Assembly: GCA_003599815.1 (NCBI GenBank)
Contig: QZJZ01000105.1
Coordinates: 7,174-71,173, forward strand
DNA length: 64,000 nucleotides
From: Candidatus Auribacter fodinae
GTDB taxonomy: Bacteria; Auribacterota; Auribacteria; Auribacterales; Auribacteraceae
Direction of reading: 5' to 3'
Positions 38,864 through 47,695 of this stretch are shown here, in pieces (the stretch's first letter is position 1; the number at the start of each line of letters is the position of its first letter). The notes under the pieces are model-generated. The model was not told where the DNA came from. It did no database searches and saw nothing but the letters and a program-made list of their open reading frames with translations. A program made the translations under genes and the position numbers.

Positions 38864-39122
38864 TTCTTTTGATTTCCCCTTTTTACTATTATGATCGTAT
38901 TTCATACAATTATAGTATAGTATTTAGATTGACATGTTTTAAATATGATAAATAATCAACAAGGCGTCCTTCATCCAAAGATAATGCAGATACAAATAGT
39001 AACTCCGATGATTTTTCCTATTTCTTTAATAGGATATGTTGCATTGACATTCTTAATTCCATCATGGCTTTTTTCTGCAACCACTTGATAATCATAAAAA
39101 TATAATTATTATTTATAAGGGC

Positions 39123-39233
39123 ATAAAAAATATTGCCTTTACATTATTTTATTTTTTATTTTTTTATTGATTTTTATGCTGGACAAATTAGTTTTGAGTC
39201 TGATAATCTTTTTTTCAGTTCATTTTGAACTTC
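39123..39233. repeat. Degenerate ~100-bp intergenic duplication, copy 2 (likely rrf2 promoter)
   Basis: ataaaaaatattgcctttacattatttt...tgctggacaaattagttttgagtctgataatct...agttcattttgaact. Confidence 0.65.
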
Positions 39234-39301
39234 ATTATTTTTATTGTTTTTTCGTAAACCATACATAACAACAACATTCAACTAAATTACAGGTTTTAAA
39301 C

Positions 39302-39757
39302 ATGTTAAAACTATCCACCCGATACAGATATGGATTGCGAATACTGGTATCCCTCGCGGATAACGGCGACTGCTATTCCTCCATAAAACACCTCTGCGAT
39401 TCGCAGGAGCTTACTGTAAAATACATAGAATCCATCATTGCCATACTCAACAAAAAAGGTATGGTGATCTCAAAACGGGGCGCGCTGGGCGGTTATAAGT
39501 TATCGAAACCGGCGGACGCAATCACCCTGAAAGAGGTACAGGAAACACTCAACGAATCTGTCTTTTTTCTGGAGTGCATTGAAAAACCGGAAACATGCAC
39601 GGATAGATCAAATTCCTGCCCTTCCCGCCTGTTATGGCTGGCTGTGAAGGCACGAATCGATGAAATCCTTGAGTCCCTGACCATTAAAGATTTATGCGAG
39701 GCAAGCAGGCTTGCGGATATTGAAACCATTATCGCCAGCAGGATACAGTCTCCATAA
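39302..39757 (+). CDS. Rrf2-family transcriptional regulator
   Basis: MLKLSTRYRYGLR.L..LA, KY.E.I...L, S.RG..GGY.L, three Cys (CIEKPETC...C). Confidence 0.92.
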   Translation: MLKLSTRYRYGLRILVSLADNGDCYSSIKHLCDSQELTVKYIESIIAILNKKGMVISKRGALGGYKLSKPADAITLKEVQETLNESVFFLECIEKPETCTDRSNSCPSRLLWLAVKARIDEILESLTIKDLCEASRLADIETIIASRIQSP

Positions 39758-39844
39758 GTATATTGCAGACAGCCGCTAATCTTATCACCTTCCAGTGTCG
39801 ATACCATACTAAACAGCCTGTCCTTTTTTGAGGGGTACAATACC

Positions 39845-40258
39845 ATGGTAGATTTTGTCTGCTGGAACGATACATACAGTGTGCATATCAGAGAGATGGA
39901 TACCCATCACAGAACATTCATCGGGCACATCAATACCCTGTACAACGCCATTATGCATAAAGAGACCGATACCGCGCTGGCAAAAATAATGCAGGACCTG
40001 CATGCGTACGCGCAGTATCATTTCAGCGCTGAAGAAGAACTCATGCTTAAACATAACTACCCGGGGCTCAAACAGCAGGTAAAACAGCACATCGCCTTTG
40101 TTGATAAACTTGAAGCCTTTGCCGTAATGCTTTTCAAGGAAAAAGACGAGCGAGCCCGCGAAACCCTGTCCTTCATGAAAGACTGGTTCCTCTATCACAT
40201 CAGAGTTGTCGATAAAAAATATTCAGACTATTTTGCGGAACACAATATAACGATTTAA
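39845..40258 (+). CDS. Bacteriohemerythrin
   Basis: W...YSV.I..MD.HH, HF..EE.LM...YP, QH..F, WF..HI...D. Confidence 0.9.
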   Translation: MVDFVCWNDTYSVHIREMDTHHRTFIGHINTLYNAIMHKETDTALAKIMQDLHAYAQYHFSAEEELMLKHNYPGLKQQVKQHIAFVDKLEAFAVMLFKEKDERARETLSFMKDWFLYHIRVVDKKYSDYFAEHNITI

Positions 40259-40269
40259 TTGCCTGTCAA

Positions 40270-41016
40270 TTATCGCCTCTTCATCTGCCTGAACAGCCAT
40301 GAGATGCCTAACAGGCTCAACAGCATGGCAGACGGTTCGGGAATAGGGCTTACAGAAAAGGTATCGAACCCCAGAGTACCTGTCAGGTCGCCCTGAGCGT
40401 TGGCAAGCCCGAACCCGATTTGCTGGGGCGCGCTGAGCATGGTCGCGAGATCAATACCTGCACCGCCGTCGACCTCGATCCAGTCATTCACATCCGAACT
40501 GATGAAAAAATAGGATTTCTGCCATTTGCTTAATCCGATGGTAATCGGGTTCTTGAGCATAAACCATGTCCAAACGCCAGTCCCGCCCTGATCGATGTAT
40601 TCACCGATAAAGAAGTGCATGGTCGCGCTCATCAGGTTAAGCGACCCGAACCCATTGGTATACACGCTTCCTATATGATTCGCGAGGCTTCCTGCCGCTC
40701 CGGCAGGTTTGTTTTGCGCATCAACAAGATACGCCGGCCAGTACATGTCTTCCACGCCCGGCTGCCATACTCCGGCTTCAGATAAATCGCAATACACATA
40801 CCCGGCATTAAGGCTTCCCGGGCCGCTGGACTGCCCGCCGGTCATCGAATGATGCATCGGCAAATCATGAAGGTACCACCCGCCGGGCTGAAGCTCGCCG
40901 TCCTCGTCCCAGTAGAGCCAGTAGTTATTGCTGGTATCCCATGTCTCTTTATACTCTGTTGCGCATACGTTCGCGGCACATAAAAGCATACTCAGAAGAA
41001 GAATAGCGTTTTTCAT
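40270..41016 (-). CDS. PEP-CTERM surface protein
   Basis: Signal peptide MKNAILLLSMLLCAANVCA; IPEP + TM + RQMKRR. Start moved to ATG 41016 after AAAGGTG. Confidence 0.85.
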   Translation of the reverse strand: MKNAILLLSMLLCAANVCATEYKETWDTSNNYWLYWDEDGELQPGGWYLHDLPMHHSMTGGQSSGPGSLNAGYVYCDLSEAGVWQPGVEDMYWPAYLVDAQNKPAGAAGSLANHIGSVYTNGFGSLNLMSATMHFFIGEYIDQGGTGVWTWFMLKNPITIGLSKWQKSYFFISSDVNDWIEVDGGAGIDLATMLSAPQQIGFGLANAQGDLTGTLGFDTFSVSPIPEPSAMLLSLLGISWLFRQMKRR

Positions 41017-41219
41017 GATTTCACCTTTCTGTTTCATCAATGGATGCATTGGCGTAAAACCGGACAATAGCTTTATAACTTTTATATTACATATTTTATA
41101 ACAATTATTACAAAATTTTATTTTTCTTTTTTTTAATTGCTGTAAACTGTTTTTAACCTTGTCAACATTAATAATAAATGCATACAAACCGCATCAGCCG
41201 GGATATAAAATAAAAAATT

Positions 41220-41355
41220 GGGAGTGCAGAAAAAGATTCTAAGTCTAATGGAGGAGCGTTAGCGACGTGGTGATCTCAAAATGAATAGAGATGAGATTGT
41301 CACAGCCCCTCTGGGGCTTCGCAATGAGATTCTCTTGTGCTTTTTCATTGCTCTC
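41220..41355 (+). mobile_element. MITE-like element copy 3 (136 bp, internal deletion)
   Basis: Same termini; flanked by AAATT (41215-19 and 41356-60); lacks the left TGTCATCAC arm. Confidence 0.85.
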
Positions 41356-41578
41356 AAATTACATGACAGACCTACCATATGACACATGTTTTCCCTCGCC
41401 TTCTTTACTTATTTTTGCTATAATAACAGTAAGATTGAAATAGATATTTTGTGATACGGAAAACTACGTTGTAAAATCTTTGTTCTTTGAATATAATGAT
41501 CTTGATATAAAGTTAATACAAACGAATATTAATCCATTTTTTACAAAAAAAACGCATTTATCACTGGAGGATAATGCA

Positions 41579-43786
41579 ATGAAAACACTACACCATCGTA
41601 AATCCGGGTTAGGAACGTTAGTCACATGCTTTTTTGTTATCCTGTTTATCTGTCAGATCGGGCATGCCCAATCCATCACCCGCCTGATAACGGACAGTGG
41701 AACAAACACGCCCTCTGTAACGCTTACCGTTACTCCTGACAGCGGTACAACATCATATTACGTAGTTGAATTTCTGGTAGCGGAATTAACCCCGACTTTT
41801 GTTACAGACGGCGGTATAGTCAGTTATGGATCAGGGACAATCCAGTGGGGGCCTTTTGAAGATAACCTGCCCCGTACATTCTCATACAGGCTGATGGGAA
41901 GCACAACGGCTTTTGAACTGGCAGGTTTCGCAAAATTCTCCAGCGACCCGCCGGAAGTATCACCAAAGAGCTACTATAAAGTATATACTGACGGCGATAA
42001 GGTCGGTACAAATATCGCGCCGATAACCCATTCCATCTCTGTGCTGGAACCGGGCGTGGTGTATACCGTGACAACCCGTCATTTTACCGTATATAGCGGA
42101 CAACCTGTCAGCCATCCGACTTTTTATCCTGAACTTCACCTGCTTAACGGTCAGAGAAACAACATTTTAGCCATACGCGCATATCACGGGCCTGAAGGCA
42201 CTGGGTTTGCCACAATGAAAAAAACAGCTCCGTATACAACGCCGATTGAATGGAACATTCCAGAGCTGGAAGTCATTTCCGTTACCGGCACACCGATAAG
42301 CAATCCTGAAGGCATAGAGCTGACATGGACATTCCGCTTATCAGCAACCACACTGTGGGATGTATATGAAGAAAGCATCTGCCTTGGAACATTTACCATA
42401 ACCGATGCCGGCGACTACGGCGCGTACTGTGACCTTTCCAACCTGACATACACAGGCGGCATTCCAAAGGTGTTCAAAGGACGCCGGGGCATATATGTCT
42501 GGAAAGAAGGGTACTATATCGCCACGAATCCGCAGAACCAGAGAGATTTTTTCAGTTTTTGCGCCGCGCCGAAAGGCAAGGCAAATAATAAGATTGAGTC
42601 CATTATTATAGCGTTCCCTCAGGATATTAACGGAGCTGAAGCGCCGCTTTTCCGCTCATTTATCGCTGAAGCGCACAGCAGGGGCATGGAAGTCAACTTT
42701 GTGACCGGCGAGCCGGAATGGTCGTTCCTCGATAACCGCCAGATCGGGACTGATGAAATCAACAAGATATTCACCTTCAACCAGTCAGCAGTCTTTGAGG
42801 AACAATTCGACTCGATTCAGTTCGACGTGGAACCGCACGCTATCGACACCGACAACGAACCGGGTATGGAACCATGGGTATGGGAACAATTCATCCCGAA
42901 CATGGCATATTTCAAATCAGTTGTTGATCAGAACAATATAGCAACAGGCCTGAACATACCGTTCGTCGCGGCAATCGGCAACTTCTGGCACGAGGATTAC
43001 GTACCCACTGATGCGTACCCGGGTCCCGGATACGAACAGATACTCAATATCATAGACAAAGCCGCGATCATGAATTACGTAACACACAGCGGAGCGGTTT
43101 ATACCTGCCGCGAAGAGCTTGAATATTCAAGGCTTCTCAATAAACCAATTGATATTGTGTACGAAACGTTCAATACGTCGCCCACGGAATCATTCTGGTT
43201 TAACGGGAACAACGCTCTGGAAAGGACTGTCAATTCAATAGACTACGCCTATGTCGACCCGTTTTCGACTGATTATTACGAGAATTTCGGGTTTAATGTC
43301 ATTCATTATTACGAAGCGGCGGACGAAATATGGCCCCACAACGGAGTCATTAAACGGTCATACCGCCAGTTGCGCCCTGACATTTTCTCGGATCAGGAAC
43401 CGCTTGACCCGGTATATAACACAGCTCCGGTTTGTTATGTGTTGTCGCCTAATGGCGGTGAGGAAACCAGCGGACGGCGACTGACCATAACCTATTCAGT
43501 GTATGATGATAATTCCGCTGTTCCTATTTCAGTGAAATTCTATCTCCGGAATACAGCATCAGGAAGCGAGTATTATCTTGGGACACAGAGTGTGCAGGTA
43601 AGCGCTTCCACCCACATGTATTCAGGCAGTTTCAACGCTACGGTCAACGCGTATCCGGTCGGCACGGACTACAGGATCAGGATTACGGTGGACGAGCAGT
43701 CCGGTAGTCCGGCTCTAAGCAGTTTCGACTCTTCAAATTATGATTTCGCCCGTGTAGCCAGCGGCGGCGGCGGGAAAAAGAAGTAA
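41579..43786 (+). CDS. Large secreted multi-domain protein with putative TIM-barrel glycoside-hydrolase-like domain
   Basis: Signal peptide; N-terminal beta-sandwich (SVTLTVTP...QWGPF...RTFSY); central GIYVW...FIAEAHSRG.EV...G.PEW...FDSIQFDVEPH; C-terminal Ig-like region starting VLSPNGGE. Confidence 0.6.
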   Translation: MKTLHHRKSGLGTLVTCFFVILFICQIGHAQSITRLITDSGTNTPSVTLTVTPDSGTTSYYVVEFLVAELTPTFVTDGGIVSYGSGTIQWGPFEDNLPRTFSYRLMGSTTAFELAGFAKFSSDPPEVSPKSYYKVYTDGDKVGTNIAPITHSISVLEPGVVYTVTTRHFTVYSGQPVSHPTFYPELHLLNGQRNNILAIRAYHGPEGTGFATMKKTAPYTTPIEWNIPELEVISVTGTPISNPEGIELTWTFRLSATTLWDVYEESICLGTFTITDAGDYGAYCDLSNLTYTGGIPKVFKGRRGIYVWKEGYYIATNPQNQRDFFSFCAAPKGKANNKIESIIIAFPQDINGAEAPLFRSFIAEAHSRGMEVNFVTGEPEWSFLDNRQIGTDEINKIFTFNQSAVFEEQFDSIQFDVEPHAIDTDNEPGMEPWVWEQFIPNMAYFKSVVDQNNIATGLNIPFVAAIGNFWHEDYVPTDAYPGPGYEQILNIIDKAAIMNYVTHSGAVYTCREELEYSRLLNKPIDIVYETFNTSPTESFWFNGNNALERTVNSIDYAYVDPFSTDYYENFGFNVIHYYEAADEIWPHNGVIKRSYRQLRPDIFSDQEPLDPVYNTAPVCYVLSPNGGEETSGRRLTITYSVYDDNSAVPISVKFYLRNTASGSEYYLGTQSVQVSASTHMYSGSFNATVNAYPVGTDYRIRITVDEQSGSPALSSFDSSNYDFARVASGGGGKKK

Positions 43787-43820
43787 TAATAGATTTACCC
43801 TGTTTAAATAATTGACTAAG

Positions 43821-43862
43821 AGCAAGGCGCTGAAGGATAGACCACTAATTCAGTGCCTTGCT
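43821..43862. terminator. Hairpin between convergent genes
   Basis: agcaaggcgctgaa...ttcagtgccttgct. Confidence 0.6.
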
Positions 43863-44706
43863 ATAATGTTCTAAAAAAGTCATCATCAACAGAAATATCT
43901 TCAATAGTTTTTTGCTTAATTACTAAACCTAAACGCAACTCTCTTAATTTTTCAGCAAGAGCTTGTCCATCAACTAGATCAACTGGTGGAGCACCATCTC
44001 TTTTGGCTTCTTTTTTTGCATCTGGACTAAACGTGCCTGTTGTTAGAATTAATCCTTTTTCCGCTCTGCCAATCATTGCACCCCGAAAATCTCTAACGAC
44101 AGAAGCAGAAACACTACCCTGATAACGTTTACACTGGAAAATAATTGGAAACGATAATAAACCGCCAATGCGAATAATTCCTTTACCGTCAATTCCTCCA
44201 TCGCCTGATTTTCCAGTGACTTCTACTTGTGTAAAACCAGCTTCACGTAACAATCGTTGGCATAACCGTTCAAAAGCATCTGGGGAAACTGCCTTAATCT
44301 TCTCTAATAAAACATTCTGCCAAGCAATTTCCTCAGGTTCCTTATCATTGTTTAATGCACCATCAACACTATCTTCTGATTTTGAGCCGAGTTTCTTCAC
44401 AAATCTATCAACTTTTGCCTTGCTAACATTTTCGGTTTTTCTGCCTTCCGGAGTTAACGCCCATATTCCACGAACTGAATTATTTAGTAACCCATATCTC
44501 TTTAAATAATGGCGTGCCCATGCCAACCTATTACTAAAAACTGTACAATTTCTATACTGAATTTTAGTAATATCTTCATCTGATAACCCAAGTATTTTCG
44601 CAACTTCCTCCTCCTGTTCTGAAATGGAAGCTGAACTCCCTAAATTATGCATAGCTTTCAACAACGGATTAAACAAATCATTATATTTTGGGATAGTCAT
44701 AACCAT
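43861..44706 (-). CDS. mrr: Mrr-family (type IV) restriction endonuclease
   Basis: MTIPKY..LF.PLL, NRLAWAR.YL...GL (Mrr_N); FE.LC..LL...GF, GKSGDGGIDG, QCKRY, VRDFRGA, TTGTF, DLVDG. Confidence 0.92.
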   Translation of the reverse strand: MVMTIPKYNDLFNPLLKAMHNLGSSASISEQEEEVAKILGLSDEDITKIQYRNCTVFSNRLAWARHYLKRYGLLNNSVRGIWALTPEGRKTENVSKAKVDRFVKKLGSKSEDSVDGALNNDKEPEEIAWQNVLLEKIKAVSPDAFERLCQRLLREAGFTQVEVTGKSGDGGIDGKGIIRIGGLLSFPIIFQCKRYQGSVSASVVRDFRGAMIGRAEKGLILTTGTFSPDAKKEAKRDGAPPVDLVDGQALAEKLRELRLGLVIKQKTIEDISVDDDFFRTL

Positions 44707-44724
44707 TTTCCTTAAAAACTTCTC

Positions 44725-45402
44725 TTACCGTACAGCCAGCATATCCTCAAAAAAGGAGAGAGGAACAGCTTTTATGGAATTTTCCGGCGCGCCGAGGATT
44801 CGTACTATCGCTGACTCGTACGATGCTGTTTTCGCTTTAAGTATCATGATATGATCGGGATGAGCGTCCATTTCGAGCAGGTATCGGGCAAAAATATCGT
44901 TTAACGCTGTTCCCAGAAACACAATCAGTTCAGCTGTATCATCGGGATTAACGGCATTAAACATTCCCTCAGCAATACCCTGCCTGATAATGCTCGCGAC
45001 TTCAGGTACCGCAAGCGCGATATTGCGTTGTGCCAGTTTATGGCGGATAATCAGGTTCTTGTCGTCATACAGTACCCTGAGCGTATCCTGCATCATATGC
45101 CTGTTTTCCAGTTTCCAGTCACGGGCAATCTTAAATACCCTGTTCAGTTTGCACAACGCGTTAAGCGAGCTGTTCGCTACAATATCACGCACTTTTTCTA
45201 TTCCCTGCAGAGCGATATCATCAATGAGAGTGTCGAGGATTTCTTCTTTGGAGGTGAAGTAATAATAAAAGGAGCCTTTCGCCACACCGACTTTCTGTAT
45301 GATGTCGGACACCGATGTTTTCTCGTAGCCCTGCACGAAAAACAGCTCACGAGCGGCATTCAGCAAATCGGATTTGCGGTGTTCGTATTCCGGTGACGCC
45401 AT
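44725..45402 (-). CDS. TetR/AcrR-family transcriptional regulator
   Basis: R..LL.AA.ELF...GYEKTSV.DI...GVAKGSFYYYF.SKEEIL. Confidence 0.92.
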   Translation of the reverse strand: MASPEYEHRKSDLLNAARELFFVQGYEKTSVSDIIQKVGVAKGSFYYYFTSKEEILDTLIDDIALQGIEKVRDIVANSSLNALCKLNRVFKIARDWKLENRHMMQDTLRVLYDDKNLIIRHKLAQRNIALAVPEVASIIRQGIAEGMFNAVNPDDTAELIVFLGTALNDIFARYLLEMDAHPDHIMILKAKTASYESAIVRILGAPENSIKAVPLSFFEDMLAVR

Positions 45403-45553
45403 AACATACCCCCTGTTCACCTGACTGGTGGTCGGATATTTTATTAAACACTGCTATCTCTTTACTGTCAAGGATATTTATTACGCAGTCAGATTAGGCT
45501 TGCGTTTTTTTTGTTCTTCCATTTTAATGCTCTATAACAAAAAAGGAGCCATT

Positions 45554-47692
45554 ATGAATATTACCCGCCTGATAGCGGAAGACTGTTCCATCGCGGAAAA
45601 ATCCGTACAAAACACAATCCGTCTCTTCGACGACGGCGCGACAGTACCGTTTATCGCCCGCTACCGTAAGGAAGTTACCGGAAACCTCGATGAAACCCAG
45701 ATCCGCGATATCAAAGAACGGCACACCTATTACACGGAGCTGAACGAACGAAAAGAAACCATTATCGCTTCAATTAAAGAGCAGGACGCCCTCACCGAAA
45801 ATCTCCTGCGTAAAATTGAATCCACTACATCCAAAACCGAACTTGAAGACATATACCTTCCCTACAAGCCAAAACGCAAAACACGCGCGGTTATCGCCCG
45901 GGAAAAGGGGCTGGAACCGCTGGCAAAACGCATGATGGCGCAACAGGATGTGTCCGGTTCGGCTGACACCCTAGCGGCTTCGTTTATTACCAATGACGTT
46001 CCTGATACCGAAGCGGCTCTGAACGGCGCGCGCGATATTATAGCCGAATGGGTCAACGAGGACAGCGCGGTACGCCAGCGACTGCGCCAAATCTTTTTTC
46101 AGAACGGATCGATCTGCTCGGCAGTCAAAAAAGACAAAAAAGGCGAGCCGTCCAAATTCGAGCAGTACTATGATTTTCAGGAAGCGGTGAAATCAATACC
46201 ATCGCACCGTGCGCTTGCCCTGTTCAGGGGCGAAAACGAAGATTTTCTATCGCTATCCATTGAGGTTCCGCGCGATACGATCATCACTGAACTGAACAAC
46301 CGTTTTATAAAAAACAAGCGATGCATTTTTGCCGCTCATATAGAAAACGCCGTCAGCGATGCGTTTCAACGCCTCCTTCACCCGTCTATTTCCACGGATA
46401 TTCGGCAGGAACTGAAGGAAAAAGCTGACCTCACCGCGATAGATACATTCGCTAAAAACCTCAGAACCATACTGCTCGCACCTCCGCTGGGCGCTCAGCC
46501 CGTCATCGCGCTTGACCCCGGGTTCAGAACCGGAATCAAGACTGCTGTGCTTGACGCCACAGGAAGACTGCTGGAGCACACGGCTATATATCCGCTGGCG
46601 CCTCATTCTAAAACAGATGAAGCGCACGATATTATACAATCCCTTATTAAGCGTTACGCCATAAAATACATAGCGGTTGGAAACGGGACTGCAGGCAGGG
46701 AAACCGAAGCGTTTATCAGAGATCACAGCAAACTCTTTCGCAACGATATACAATGCGTGATGGTGAACGAGTCGGGAGCGTCAATCTATTCCGTGTCAGA
46801 CAAAGCCCGTGAGGAGTTTCCCGACCTTGACGCAACCGTTCGCGGAGCTGTATCCATCGGCAGGCGGTTACAGGATCCTCTGGCTGAACTGGTAAAAATA
46901 GAGCCCCGTTCGCTGGGTGTGGGGCAGTACCAGCACGACGTGAACCAGAACTTACTGCGCAGTAAACTTGATGATGAAGTCGAGCATTGCGTCAACCTTG
47001 TCGGCGTTGACCTGAACACCGCATCGGCAGACTTACTGTCATATACTGCAGGCATCGGCCCGAAACTGGCGCAGGAAATTGTAAAGTACCGTTCTGAAAA
47101 CGGGCAGTTTTCGTCACGCAAAGAACTTATGTCCGTACCGCGGCTTGGCGCAAAAGCGTTTGAGCAATGCGCGGGCTTCCTGCGTATCAGAAACGGTAAA
47201 AACCCGCTCGACGCATCAGCGATTCACCCTGAATCGTACCCCATAGTGGAACGCATCCTGCGCGATTTGAAAGCGTCTATTACCGACATTATGGGAAACG
47301 AACGCCTGATCTCATCTATCCGCAAAGAACAGTATGTTTCCGAGACCACCGGCGTTCATACCCTGAACGATATCATCGCTGAACTGCTAAAACCGGGGAG
47401 AGACCCGCGCAAATCGTTTGAGGCCGTCGCGTTTCGCGAGGATATACGGGAAATAACGGATCTCCAGCCGGGTATGGTGTTACCCGGCATTGTGACGAAT
47501 GTCACTAATTTCGGCGCTTTTGTGGACATCGGCGTGCATCAGGACGGGCTGGTTCATATCTCGGAGCTGGCAAACTCATATATTTCTGACCCGCACGATA
47601 TTGTCTCTACGGGCGATCCGGTGACGGTCAAGGTAGTGTCCGTTGACACGGTACGCAAACGTGTTTCATTATCCATGAAACAAGCCACGTAA
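45554..47692 (+). CDS. tex: Tex-family RNA-binding transcriptional accessory protein
   Basis: GATVPFIARYRKE, LEDIYLPYKPKRKTRA, DPGFRTG.K, E.GASIYS, GVGQYQHDV, C-terminal S1 (NFGAFVDIGVHQDGLVHIS). Confidence 0.95.
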   Translation: MNITRLIAEDCSIAEKSVQNTIRLFDDGATVPFIARYRKEVTGNLDETQIRDIKERHTYYTELNERKETIIASIKEQDALTENLLRKIESTTSKTELEDIYLPYKPKRKTRAVIAREKGLEPLAKRMMAQQDVSGSADTLAASFITNDVPDTEAALNGARDIIAEWVNEDSAVRQRLRQIFFQNGSICSAVKKDKKGEPSKFEQYYDFQEAVKSIPSHRALALFRGENEDFLSLSIEVPRDTIITELNNRFIKNKRCIFAAHIENAVSDAFQRLLHPSISTDIRQELKEKADLTAIDTFAKNLRTILLAPPLGAQPVIALDPGFRTGIKTAVLDATGRLLEHTAIYPLAPHSKTDEAHDIIQSLIKRYAIKYIAVGNGTAGRETEAFIRDHSKLFRNDIQCVMVNESGASIYSVSDKAREEFPDLDATVRGAVSIGRRLQDPLAELVKIEPRSLGVGQYQHDVNQNLLRSKLDDEVEHCVNLVGVDLNTASADLLSYTAGIGPKLAQEIVKYRSENGQFSSRKELMSVPRLGAKAFEQCAGFLRIRNGKNPLDASAIHPESYPIVERILRDLKASITDIMGNERLISSIRKEQYVSETTGVHTLNDIIAELLKPGRDPRKSFEAVAFREDIREITDLQPGMVLPGIVTNVTNFGAFVDIGVHQDGLVHISELANSYISDPHDIVSTGDPVTVKVVSVDTVRKRVSLSMKQAT

Positions 47693-47695
47693 TTT

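Noticed and set aside
43821-43862. Integron attC site after mrr
   Set aside because: No RYYYAAC/GTTRRRY core boxes and no other cassettes or integrase; a terminator-type hairpin explains it.
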